Assembly: GCA_030141605.1 (NCBI GenBank)
Contig: JAQGDQ010000133.1
Location: 434,001-498,000, forward strand
Source of the DNA: Tubiluchus corallicola
Taxonomy: Eukaryota > Animalia > Priapulida
Length of the DNA: 64,000 nt
Direction of reading: 5' to 3'
Part shown: one piece after another, positions 1 through 12,520 of the stretch
How positions within the stretch are numbered: the stretch's first letter is position 1
Layout: each line of letters starts with the position of its first letter
Made by a program: the position numbers and the translations under genes
Notes under the pieces: generated by a model
Told to the model about the DNA's origin: nothing
The model's database searches: none
Seen by the model: the letters and a program-made list of their open reading frames with translations, nothing else

Positions 1-29
1 TCCTGCTATACGTAATTTATATATATATC

Positions 30-166
30 TCGTCTCATTGACCCGAATAAAGCACAAAAAAATCAGAATATATATATATATATATATATATATATTCTGA
101 TTTTTTGTGCTATATATATATATATATATTCTGATTTTTTGTGCTTTATTCGGGTCAATGAGACGA
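30..166. repeat. Near-perfect palindrome with (AT)n centre
   Basis: Left arm tcgtctcattgacccgaataaagcacaaaaaaatcagaatata is the reverse complement of the right arm tatattctgattttttgtgctttattcgggtcaatgagacga (one A/T-run length difference). The centre is (AT)n plus an extra partial copy of the arm. Confidence 0.9.
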
Positions 167-3100
167 AGGCACTCAAATCTTTCGATGTTATTTCATTTAA
201 CTGTAAACATTCAAGTTTTGAATAATTTTGCTTAAAGCAAATTGCCTGTAAGTGAACTAACTGCATCGAAAAGAACTTTGTGCAAACTTTGTGTTGTTGA
301 AAGGAGAAGGATCTACATATATATTTATAAGATCCTCATACTATTGAATATTTAATCCCAATATGGGGTCATATAATAATGTTTTGTTACATAAAGTAGC
401 ATCTATATATTCAGTAGATTTTTTCTGTCTCAAACATTTTTTTGAAAGAATAGAGGATTTTTCTCAATTATCTGGCCTTCCCAATGCTGAAGTGTTTTGA
501 TGGCAGTTATAATTTTGCGAGCAAGTCATGAGTGTAATGAAATATCTTTCATCCTGCACCTATACAAGTTCTTCGTGACGTGTAAGCCAAGTATGAAAGA
601 ACAGACGAGAAATGGTCATCTGGAATTCTATGCTGTCTTGAATTATAAAGCCTCATACTGCGCGGGGATTACATACAAAAGTTTAGTCACTGTAAAGAAA
701 TTGGTGAATTTAATCAGTACAATGAAGTATATTAAATGGTAGATTAGTAAATCTTCTTATGCCTTTGTGACGATTTCCGTTGCACGTCTTATGCATGATA
801 CTGATCTGCAGTTTGTGTGCAAAATGTATTAATTTAACACATATATAATGTTGGACAGGGAGGAATGCTTTTAGCTGATATGGGTAAGAAAGGCGTCACA
901 ATCCTTGGCTTTATAATAATTCAGTTTGGCCTAGTCACTTGTGGCAAGTTTGCCTTTGGCTGCTTAATCACGATCTGAAAATAAATAGTCACCTAATGTG
1001 AAACCAAGTTTTAAAGTGACTGCCACGATGAAGCCATTTTCCCAAAGTGATATTCATATTAATGGCCACCATCCCTAATCCAGTTTACTTGTGACCTCAA
1101 CTCCCAAAGCTCCATAAACAAATAAACTTGTACGTCAACATTTCAACTTAATGGAAAATAGTACGGTTTTAGATTATATCTTATGTTGACCTGTCATCTA
1201 AAACATACATTTTAGCGATTGGACTCCTGAGTGTCAACAAATCTTTAATTTAACTCAATCATTAAAAATAATACTATATTTTTCGTTCCAATATTTTAGA
1301 CGGTAGATTATTTTGGAGATTTCATTGTGTACCCTGTTTTCCATTAATTGAGGATCTGCAGTAACCTCGCAAGGATCAACTAAACTTACACATCTAAACC
1401 TGCAATCTAGGCGGCATCGTGCTTGATACTGTAACTCTATAGTGTTGAACGTCAGTGTTTTGCTTCTATGATAGGTTTAGCAGCAAAGGCAAAAAATAAA
1501 CATACAAACTAGAGAGATGTCATAACGTTTCGTCCGTGTACCCGTGTACCAATCATTTGCCGAAGCTAAAACTTCCCTGGAAAACAGAACATGTCACCAA
1601 GTCTTCAAAGTAGGTGTAACCAAAGTAGCGAAAGGTGTGCACATTTTGTGTTTTGATTGAAAACCTCTTTTACGCTTTTCATTTTACTTAAACAAGTTTG
1701 TAACAGCGTACTCTTTTAAAGAACAACCATCTGGTTAGAATAAAAATCAAAAATTATTTCTTCTTGTTTAAAGTGACTAGAGCAATAAGCGAGTTTCTGA
1801 TTTTAGCTCATACAAATCTATGCTATCAAATTTACAACAGCACCCGAGCAATGCAGCCTCCCTTCTTCGAAGCCGCACAAAGCTCCGAACAACCAGAGAT
1901 TTGACCACACTGCGGTACCCGAGGCACTCAAACTATGTTAGATTTCACAACCTCCATGAAAGACAGATTAGTAGACATCTGTGACGTCTCAAACGCAATG
2001 GCAAACTAATAAGAGCCAGCGCGTGTAGAAAAGACGTGTCTGGCGTAAGCAAACTATTCTTAGAACCGAAAACTCTATTTTCGGATTTTAAAGAGTATAT
2101 CAGTAAGTGAATCTAGCATATCAGATGAACAGCATCGGAGACAGATGGTAACAATGCGGCAGGGTAATGCACGATCTTCATGTTTTACCGTCCTCATATT
2201 TTGCACACGCTTATGGGAGCTTTAAATATCTCCAGGCACAAGCTTTTTCTCTAATTGACAGGCGAGATCTGCAATGTCTCTTTTTAACACCCCGCGCAGG
2301 AAGGTGATAATTTCTGTAACACATGGCAATGCAAAATGCACACATTGCCATACCGAATGTTGCTGACTTTCTAAAAGAGCCCTGAATTTTTCTGACAGTA
2401 AACTAATCAACAGCTCGCTCACTTTATTTCAATGCACTGAAATTTTTAGTTTAAAAAATTTTTCGTGCTACAGGTTTTCCAGCAAAATTTTGGCATTGCC
2501 CTCTTAAAATGTTTTTGCTGTTGTTGTTTGCTTTATTTAAACGTCACATATTGCCACTGTTATTATCTTTATAATAAGTCATATAATCATTTCCATTATT
2601 ACTGCTTCTTTCAAATGCCACGCAGCCTCACAATTGCTGCCTTTTAGGTGAGTCACATATTCTTATTGTTATAGCAATTTTAAAATCTTGTAATTTTATT
2701 TTATCTACTTACAACTTATTGAATACTTTGCTAAGAGGTGGAGTTCACTTTTTATCTTAAATGTGCTATAATTACGTATTATTGTATTAGAAGCTGAGAT
2801 ACAAAAACATGGCCGGACTAACCATGTAAAGCTTGTGCAAACAAACGAATAGAAAACAATTTTCACTAACTCAATAATTCAGTAGGTGATGTTTAAGTAA
2901 GGTAATTTAATCCGCTAATTCCCTGAAAGCTGCAGAACTCTACAAAAACCACAAACTCGGAAGCTCCATTTAGACCCACATTATTCTCATCTGCCATTAG
3001 GGGTGACCTATATTAACGACTCTCAGCTCTATACAGGATGAGATAATCGGGTTATAATAATAGTCGTTGTTTTCGTCAAACCTTTTCCATTCGGTTTTTC

Positions 3101-3299
3101 GCGGGATCAAGTAACAGTTGTTGATAATCCGATGTTTCTTTCTGCTTATAATCTTTTTTACGGTGGTTAACTTAAACCGCAGAAGTCATTATTTTGATTA
3201 CTATAGTGAGGGGATAATCGAATGGTTTGCAGTGTGCGCTTGTCTGCGAAGTTAAAGAAAAACCGGGCCTCTTCTTAAACTATAGCTCAGAACAATCTA

Positions 3300-3750
3300 C
3301 CCTGAATATATTGAAAGGCAACATAGTATTTTTCATGAAAGACTTACGCGAAAGAATTATTACCACAGAATGGTAATTTCGCGTTCGTGCGGCTAGCTTT
3401 TCACTGTTACGTGCATTTCGCCATTCACTAGTTAGATGAGTACTAGTACCTGCATCTCGAAAAGTTAATGCACAAAAGACAGGTGCTGCACCTTTTAGTT
3501 CAAATGTGTTCGTACTGCACACGTGCGAGAGTTCAATTTTCGTTCTCGCAAACACGTGCCACACGCTCGTGGTAATGTTTCTGCTGATGAAAATGATATT
3601 CAGTTGCGATGTCATCTCTAGTTGGGCCCGTCTGCCTTTAGTTATGTTTTAACCTATTATTTAATTACCAGAAACGCTTTGGATTTATTATAGATCTTAA
3701 AGTGCGTACCGTTTACCATACTGATGGCGTAGGAAATGAAAAATCGTACA
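3300..3750 (+). repeat. Dispersed repeat, copy 1 (probable old non-autonomous transposon)
   Basis: Colinear blocks shared with 11975-12520: aaagaattattaccaca, catttcgccattc, acaggtgctg, cgcaaacacg..acacgctcgtgg, ttttaacctattatttaatta, atgaaaaatcg. Confidence 0.75.
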
Positions 3751-3847
3751 TTTTCTTTTAAGTAACACTGGGCCTGATCAGTAAACAGATGAGCAGTTGC
3801 TGAAAAACTGCTAATGAATTACTCCGTATTCTCTGGAATTCCATTCA

Positions 3848-4600
3848 TTGAGGGAGGATAAAAACCATCTACAACATCTTACACGTGAAACACTGTGTAA
3901 ACACTATCGAGATTACAAAACACTGATATTTCTTTATAAATATATAAATAAACTGAGCATTCCATTTATAAACAATCCCTTAGCATTTATTCCTGATACC
4001 ACATTGAACACTAGAACATACAATTTAAAGCAAATTACAGTAAACAATAAATTTGGAAATAACTCTATATCAAAACAGGCCATACATTTATGGAACTTAC
4101 TACCCAGTGAAATAAAACAAATAGAATCTCTCCACCACTTTAAAAAGAAATTAAAACAATATCAATATAACAGGTTTCAACTTCCACATTGTGCATCTGA
4201 TACTAATTACACGGACTCCACTTTCATATACCCCCGCCCCTGACTCCATATAATGATTAAAAATGAAATTTTTTAAAAAAAATTATGTAATGTAATACGT
4301 GTTATGTTAGTTTCGTGTTTCGTAATGTTAAATGTATAAATAGTGTGCACTATGTAATGTAAAATTTAATGTACTTTCCTATAATTGTTTGTGAAAATAT
4401 TTTAATATGGTATTTGTAAATATGTTCATTATATTGTATATAGTTTTTAGTTTAGCACTTTAGTTTTTTTAGTATGCACTGGACGCATTTGTCTTGAACA
4501 GTGTTGTTATTTTAACATTACGCTGAGGCTAACTCAATTTTATTATAATGAGGGAACCGTTTTTATGACAAATAAAGAATTAATATATATATATATATAG
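3848..4600 (+). mobile_element. 5'-truncated CR1/L2-type LINE 3' end (ORF2 C-terminus plus 3' UTR)
   Basis: ORF 3848-4243 contains NTRTYNL...AIHLWNLLPSEIKQIESLHHFKKKLKQY, the typical CR1/L2 ORF2 tail (LWNxLPxxIK...FKxxLK). An AT-rich 3' UTR follows with AATAAA near 4571 and a (TA)n tail. Confidence 0.8.
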
Positions 4601-6915
4601 CGCTAAAAGACCACAAATGAATAGAGGTATGAGTCACGTTGGTTTTTCAATGGGAATGGTGTCATTACTCATTTTATTTTCCCTTTGCTAGTTTTTGATG
4701 TCTAACAATAAAGACTGAAAAGAACTTTGATTAAAACGTTTAATAATACGTTTACATCTACTTGTGATTATTTTTATGTATAGCAGTACTATCATTTCCT
4801 GACACACTGTAGGCTATATGTTATACCGAGTACAAATACGTATAAGTATAAACAAGCTTAAACATATAGGCCTGTACGTGTAATTATTTTATTTTTAGAC
4901 ACTTTTGTTAGTCTATGTCCCACATAATTATGTGAACCGTTGTTTGCATTTATTTGAAAATCACTCAAGTCAGGGACTAGGACACCTTAGAAAATGTTCA
5001 GTGCAAATTCTTTCTAACCCCCCTCCCTACCCCCACCCCACCCCACCCCTTGTGAACTTCCTCCTGTACGCTTATGACTGGCGTCGTGCTACAAATGCGT
5101 GCTAGGTCCAACGACTAAAGCGGCTTCTGAGATCTGTTTTCTAAATCGGCTGGTATTTTATTGATATTTTAATTTTATAGTTAACTGTTCGTGTACTCAT
5201 ACAAAAAATACTGTTGCTTGTTGACGTCGACAACACTTAAACAAACCTAAGTTTCGTCTTTAATGCGTTTTATAATGGAAACGATACCGAGTCTTTGATG
5301 CAACCAGCCAGGACACGAAGCTCTCCTCGCTTGTCTTCATTTGTACATGTCATTCCAAGCTATATTTAAGCAGCGATTAACCTAGTCTAGAGTGATAAAT
5401 GATCAGTAATGTTGCTCCTAAAAACGGCCTCTGACTCTTCAATTACATGATCGACGTGCCGATGGTCGGCTTTGTCCTGTAAGTTTACGTTCACAAATTC
5501 ACGGGGGTTTATGGTCGATGAGAAATTGTAGTAATAATGTAATGCAAAAAAGGTTCGTGATATCATTTAAAGTTTTTTAAGTTTTGGGGGAGCTTTTATC
5601 TCGATTTTGATAAGCAATTCTTGGTGAAGTTATGCAGACATTTATATAAGTTGTGGCTTCGAAGGTTTTGTATGCCATTAACTCAGCAGCCAAGCAGCAT
5701 TATGGAAACGCAGATCAGTGCAAAACAATCTAATATAGTATAAATTTACAGTAAAGTATGTCTACAACAGTAAACAGTATAAGTTTGTAATGTAGATCTA
5801 CAATAAAGCAAGTTAGGCTATTTAATTTTGCCCTAAATGAATGATTTCTTATTTTGAAAAGTGTGGCGAAAGATTAAGTTTGAGACAACTTTTTAAATCC
5901 GTTCCTAAAAATTCATTTTGCGTAAGCTCTGTTAAGCGCATTATATTAAGCAAAATGGTATAGCTTTTATAATGCATATCATATTATGCAATAATAAACT
6001 GCCACAGATTTTTTCAGGCTTACCGGACAGTTTGATCCAAAAACCATAATGTAATTGTGGGTTCACCATAAATTATAAGCTTATGTTGAAGAATATAAGT
6101 AACTAAAATACATATGCATTTCTAGTCTGAGAACTGCCTGTCTGAAATATTGTCTGAGAAACAATCTTAAGACGAGAGTAGTCACGAGACATTACAAAGG
6201 CTGTAGTGACACCGAAATCTGGATAATTATCACAGATAATACATGGAGATGAGCCAATGAGTCATTGGAAGTGTCGTATTTATGTCTGTAAGCGGTGTCT
6301 CTTTTATATCCGTTAGAGGTGTCTTATTCATGTTGGACGTATAGTTTTTTCAACAAGGTAAATAGCTGGAGACGGTATAGCAGATGAAATCACATGGAAG
6401 TGATATTGCTGATGGTCACTCATCCATTTATTAACAAAGCTTGGCACTACTTAACACTCGTGGTCAAGCAAGCACTGTGAGCACTTGACTCACTCCAGTC
6501 AAAGATGCAACAGTCACTAAACCAGACACATAAACACGTAAAGTGGACAGTTGTGTATCTTGTAATATGTAAAACTAATTGTGTGGCATGCGACCTAGTT
6601 ACACTGATGTAAAAGAATGGATAATGAATACAGTAAAGATGATGACGATATGGATAATGTATTATAGTAACGGAGTGATGGAGCAGGATGCTCTTTTTCA
6701 GCTTTCCATTTGAAACAAAACGACACAGTCAGGTGCCCCAAGAGCGAGTATTTACTACCGCTCTTTGCTCAACAACATATTCTCTGAAATTCTAATTAAG
6801 TTTTCTAATTCTGGAGCATTGTTTTTTCATGATTAATTGTGATTACAGATTTGCAGTATCTGACAAAATTATCTGGTACTAATTACGCTACAAAAAATGT
6901 TATAATTTTTTACAG

Positions 6916-7657
6916 GGAAGCATTTTGCTTTCTGCGGAGTGGTGTGGTTGACATGACGTTGATGGCTTCTGTCACCAACCTGCTCGGCGTAACTCTCGAC
7001 CGTTACGTAGCAGTCATCTTTCCATTGAGGTATACGTCCATGGTAACGAGCAGACGCGCCAACACCTTCATTGCCGTCACATGGGTATGGAGCGTGACGT
7101 TTAGCTTCGTTCCCATGATTCTTTGGCATAATCACGACCCTCACTGCGTCATCGAAGTCTTCCTCAACAAGTACCACTTCCTCGCCCAATGCATGCAGTA
7201 CTTCTTGATTCTGGCAGTGATGATTTTCATGTACGCACGAATATTCCTGGCCATTGTTCGACAGCGGAAGCAAATTACCGAATCTCAACATGACCCGGTC
7301 CTAAAAAACGAGGCGTACAAGGTCAAGGCCGCGCTGAGGACTGCCAAGGTGTTTTTGCTCGTGTTCGGTGGTGTGCTTTTATGCTTAACTCCATTTTATT
7401 TGTTCTATACTTACCTGGCGATGAATGGAATAAAAAATTACGACGAAGATTGCTCCTTTTGCTATCTGGCTTCTACGGTGGATGTGCTATTGCTGGCTAA
7501 CAGCACCATGAATCCGGTCATATATGCGTGGATGTATGTGGACTTCCGATTGGCCTTGCGAAGATTGTTCTGTTTTATAAGTTTACAGGAATTAAATATT
7601 TTGCGTAATAGGCGACGCTCAGGTAGTTGCTCAAATAATAATCATGCTCGTGTATAG
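6916..7657 (+). CDS. Class A (rhodopsin-like) GPCR, terminal coding exon encoding TM3-TM7 and C-tail
   Basis: Acceptor ttttttacag at 6915. The translation has TM3 Cys, DRY (TLDRYVAVIFPLRY), TM4 Trp, TM5 MYARIF, TM6 CLTPF and TM7 NSTMNPVIY, with stop at 7657. Amine/adenosine-receptor-like in appearance; ligand not assignable. The TM1-2 exon was not found in the window. Confidence 0.9.
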
Positions 7658-8196
7658 CCTAAGGCTAGAAGGCAGATGCATTATTACTTGTGCCTATGTA
7701 AACATAAGGCAAAAGAAAAATAAATGTAATTATGTAAATAATGAATTTTATAACGTAAGTAAATAATATTTAATATTTAATGCTTTACCACAAGAAATTA
7801 TTGTGTTAATCAGGTAACCTGACTTCTAAAATCTGTTGTTGGTTTTTTTGTTTATGCTTGTTTTATGTTCTTTGTTTTTTAATAAACCTATCAAACTACT
7901 GAGTTCCTTCAAATTAATATTGAATGCTTTTTGCAAACGAAAGCCTCGGATTTTCTCTTTTTTTATAAAAAATTCCCCAAACAACCATTTTAGCCAGACA
8001 GAAGTGCAGAATTTTTCCAAATATTTTACAAATTGACTATAATTAGTGAAACCGAATCGTTACAAATTGCATGCAAAATAACAACCACGGCGCAGGTGAT
8101 TCAGCTAGTTTGCTATAAAAAAAGGCTGTACAGGTGTACAGACAAGTAAACAGTGTACTATGAAAGTTACGTAGGCCAGTAAACACCCATTAGAGA

Positions 8197-8734
8197 TGTT
8201 TCATATTTGAACTGCTGGTGGCTCCTCGACACCCGGGGGGGGGGGGGGGGGGTCGGGCCTGCAGGTGCGGAGGCGGAGCAGCCTAATAATCATTTCCACA
8301 TAACCACAATTAAACAAAACTGAATTTAATAACGCTGAAGATTTAACTGGAAAGAAATTTAAATATTACACGGCCTAAAGATAACTATGACAAGATTTTA
8401 AACAAATTAAAGACAAACAGAACAAAGTAATAAAGTGGATAGACTAATACCTAACTTGCCATATAGCGGGTAGTAGGACAGCTCTAAGCCTGACGGAAGA
8501 AACACAAGCACCAGAACCACCAACTCTGCCCAACCCCATTACCACTGTAGCTCCAATGTACAGCAGGTTTCCACCCTCCTTTTATAACCTACCCCAAACC
8601 AGAGTACATGTCAGAAATAGAGCCGAAATGAAACCTGATTGGTTAAAAGCAAAAGGTGTGAAGATTTAACCAATAAGAATAATTTAGAAGACTTAGGTTT
8701 GAACTACCGGTATTTTCAGGGGTGATATGCAACA
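8197..8734 (-). mobile_element. Probable solo LTR
   Basis: Bounded by TG...CA with a 9/10 terminal inverted repeat (tgtttcatat / atatgcaaca). On the minus strand a CCAAT box (~8640), TATAAAA (8586-8580) and ATTAAA (~8330) occur in U3-R-U5 order. No clear target-site duplication. Confidence 0.5.
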
Positions 8735-9269
8735 CTAGTTTGGTAACCATGCTATACTTTGAAATAAAGGTAGAGGTTGTGCAGAGTGGGCCGCCCAAGC
8801 GCCTGCGCTACAATATATTAACGCTCTTTGAACGCATTTTATGTCGCCAATGACATTATGGAATACAAATACTTTGTTGGAATATTCGCCGCGTGAAGCC
8901 AATCCGTCACCGCATTTCCTGTTCTGATTATGTCACCTTGTCACTGATTAATTACCAAAGCTCGACATGGCTTCGCTAACAAGCTCAGCACTCATCAGAC
9001 GCGTAGACGTGCTGCCGATAAAACCTAATTGTTGCGCGAATGCGATTCATCTGGAAGTAGGCCAACATTTGCAAATGAACAGGGTGTAGATTCGGAAAGC
9101 AGACGAGAAAGGACAAATTATGCGAATCGGTTCAACGACCAAGGAGGATAAGTTGCAGCGACCTCTGAATGAATGAAGAATATGTCACATATTTTAATCT
9201 GCATTCGGAAGTCAGTTTTCCCAGACTCAGACACAGTCCATTAATGCCGCTTTTATAAATAAGGAAGAA

Positions 9270-9360
9270 GTCGAGTGGTCACGGTGTGTGCATAGCCGCG
9301 GAATTGAGCAACTCCGAGGCAAGCTGGTGAAGGGATAGATGACCGCTGGGTCAATACTTG
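9270..9360 (+). mobile_element. Possible degenerate 5S-derived SINE (SINE3-like) fragment
   Basis: cggaattgagcaac...ggatagatgaccgctggg..aatac resembles the 5S internal promoter region (CGGAAGCTAAGCA...GGATGGGAGACCGCCTGGGAATAC) but is heavily diverged. Confidence 0.3.
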
Positions 9361-11974
9361 CTCCGGAAGTTTCATTCATTTTACTTCGTTGAGAAAAAGA
9401 ATTCACATCCAGGAAACACCAATGCCAGTTAATATTTAATTTAAACTGATTGTTAATTTATTAATGAAATTAATTTTTGTGAAATTACTTATTTAACATT
9501 ACACTACATGAAATGTAATTATAGTGAATACTTTACAATAATCTGTGCAGTGTAATCCTTGTCTTAGGTAAAGAGCAAAACTAACCACTCGTTGCAGCAT
9601 TGAGTCACAGTTTTTGCCGTGCCCTGAATGTTTTCAGTCCATTGCGTGACTTGTGAATTCAATTTTGACCTGAAGTTTTGCATTTCATAGCATATTGCAA
9701 CAACATCTGAGTTGCACCTATCGATCTTTGTAATTAATGTCCTTAATTGAGTACGTGGTTTTCCTCTAACGTGCACTTCTAGATTATGCCCTTTAGTGAA
9801 AAATCAACAACCAATTAATCTCGAAGTTGCAAAATATGCAAATCTATAGCATTCCATTCCACGTCACCTCTAATTCGCGTCATGCTCCATCTCTATCACC
9901 AGTACAGCACCAACTTATTTTAATTGTCTGTTTCCATGTTCTATGACCATACTATTACTGTTGACCGCAGCACTACAGCTACGGTACGGCTCAATTGCAT
10001 GCAATTACATTCGTGAGCATTTAAAAAAACTCAGAACACAACTGTGCTGAAAAAGGATTTGACAGTCTTGGTAGGGATTTGACAGTCTAATTAGCGAATT
10101 AGCTTGAAGAGGGTGCATGGATATCTCTGGTGATAGGTTACAATAAAGCAAACTAGGAATGACATAATTTTTGTAATGACAAAACTGCAGTTTGGTTGTT
10201 GTAAAATGTTCAGATTTACCCCATTTAAACTTAAAAAACTGTTCAATAGTAACACGTACGGACGGCACGTAGTGATGTAAATTTTGTAGCAAGATCAGAT
10301 GAGTGGAACAAACGCTAAACTATGCATTCCAATGGCTCTGTAGCAGTTTACATACAATCCTATTTCCAGAAACCAATTACTAGAATCTCCAATTGTGTAA
10401 TAACTACGCAATAAATTAATACGAAGTTTAACTTTTAAATGGATTAATTTCGCTATAAAATTCTCACTGTTGCATAACATTCGTGTACGATGTCTATCAG
10501 TCAGCGAGAAATTAAATTCCTCGTACACGTACAAAACGTTTCCATACACAACGCCAGTCTGCAAAAGTATGTAGCTTATTTCTACTCTGCATTTGTTTCA
10601 ACAAACGCCAAAATGTCATTGTATAAAAGCACAATCTAAATCTGTTTAAATGCACCATATGAGTCCAGTCCCTATGGAATCGACTGAAATATAGTTCGCA
10701 TTTTATACCTGAAATCAAGTTAGCAGCTTTTTTCATTCTGACAACAAAATCTGAAAACAAGATTTGCCATTGCAATGCTCGTATTAGAAACGTAAGTACA
10801 AATGGAATGTTATAATTAAATAATCATTTCACTCTTTCCAAAGGCTTCTGTTGCTAAAAATATCACACCTTGCTTTTCAGTTTTGTTAGTCTGAAGATGT
10901 CGACTACACCTGTGTTCACAACACTACATGCACCATAAACAATGTTTACATATAGAATGTAGCCTGGGACATTCGAAACTGGAATTAGAATATTTTATGA
11001 TCAGTCATGCAATGATGCAATTACGGTGCACATCAGCTGCATTAAAATTCCATAAAAGAATCCATAATTCGACATAATTTTATCTTGTGTACAGTTTTAA
11101 TAGAATTTGAACGCTTTCCGTTCTTCATGCAAAATTGATTGATAAACTCCACTTACAATTTAGAAAACCTGTCGTAATGAGCAAATTTCGTATTTAACTA
11201 CATAGGCTATAAAAATGAAGCTATAATACTTGATGGAAAACTATATAAGAATTGATGCATTTATGGATATTGCTGTTAGGCTATCCTTTGCTCTCAACGT
11301 GACTTGCCAGCATCGTTACCATAACAACGCGTTCAGACTCGCGAGTTTTTGACGCGAGTTACTATTGGAAATGCAAACTCGAAGCAAGCTTTGCTCTCTA
11401 GTCTGAGGTCTCTGAACACGCATGCGATACTTGGCGAGAAAAGTCGCTCGTCTTGTACGCGCCGCACACAGGAATACTTTCTATTAGATCTCACTGCAGA
11501 CATAGCGCCTAAGGCGGCAAGTAACTTCAGGTGGGAAAATAAATTGACTTATGCATTCCCTTTTTGACTCCTCTTTTCGAAACACTATCAATGTCACCAA
11601 TAAATTCAGTGAAACACCGCGCCAAGTAGTGTAATGCATTGTGTAGGCTTGCACTTACACAGCGTTTGCTTTTGGCCTCAAGGAATTGTCACATAGTAAG
11701 CGCAACTCGGGTTCAATGTATTACTTATGTATTTAATAAGTTCTTTGTTGTCTGATTTTTTACTTATTTATTTGTTTACAGTGCTTATTTGTTTACCGAT
11801 CTCACCGCTCTGTCAATTGTGACGTGCAGTCTAGAAAGACTGTTATGTTATTTTACATTATATTATACCTACGTCATTATTTTAATGCTCATTACGAATA
11901 AAACTCAACTATCTTTTTTAGTTAAAGGAAAATCGGACCCAATCCTAAACTGTAGGTCAAAACAATTTGCTCTT

Positions 11975-12520
11975 TAAAATATTGAAAAGGAATATACTAT
12001 TTTTAAAGAACGGCTTGCGTTAAAGAATTATTACCACACAAAAGTAATTTCGTGTTACCCGAAGCTAGTTCTTCTCTGTTACATACATTTCGCCATTCGT
12101 TAGTTAAATTGGCACTAGCGCCTGCATTTCGGAAACGCGATGCATGAAAAACAGGTGCTGTATCCTATCAGTTCAGACCTGTTCGTTTGTGACGTAATAC
12201 ACACGTTCAAGATCTCATTCGTGAGCACAGCGGGAGATTTAAATTTTAATTTGTATCTTAAAATTTGCTAAGTTTTTACGCTGAGTCTCTTACAGTAGTA
12301 TAGTACTTAAATTTTCGCTTTCGCAAACACGTTCAACACGCTCGTGGAATGTTTGTGCTGCTGAAAATTGTATTCGTTTGTGACGTCATCACTCGCCGCT
12401 AATTAAGTTTTTAACCTATTATTTAATTATCAGAAATGCTTTGGCATTATTATAGGTGTATAACATTACCTTGTATACATTTTACCGTACTTTGAAAAGG
12501 GTAGGCTATGAAAAATCGCC
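11975..12520 (+). repeat. Dispersed repeat, copy 2 (with internal insertion of roughly 100 bp)
   Basis: Same ordered sequence blocks as 3300-3750. Confidence 0.75.

Noticed and set aside
841-2654. Candidate upstream GPCR exons (LLADMG before a GTAAG at ~884; strong AG|GTGAGT donor at 2648)
   Set aside because: Neither frame yields TM1 GN plus TM2 LAxAD with proper hydrophobic helices, and the 2648 frame has upstream stops.
6869-7291. 140-aa antisense ORF over the GPCR
   Set aside because: Shadow frame of a real coding exon; no recognisable motifs.
9960-10800. Cluster of three minus-strand ORFs as a gene or decayed transposase
   Set aside because: No motif I can confidently assign and no consistent splice model; an HMM search would be needed.
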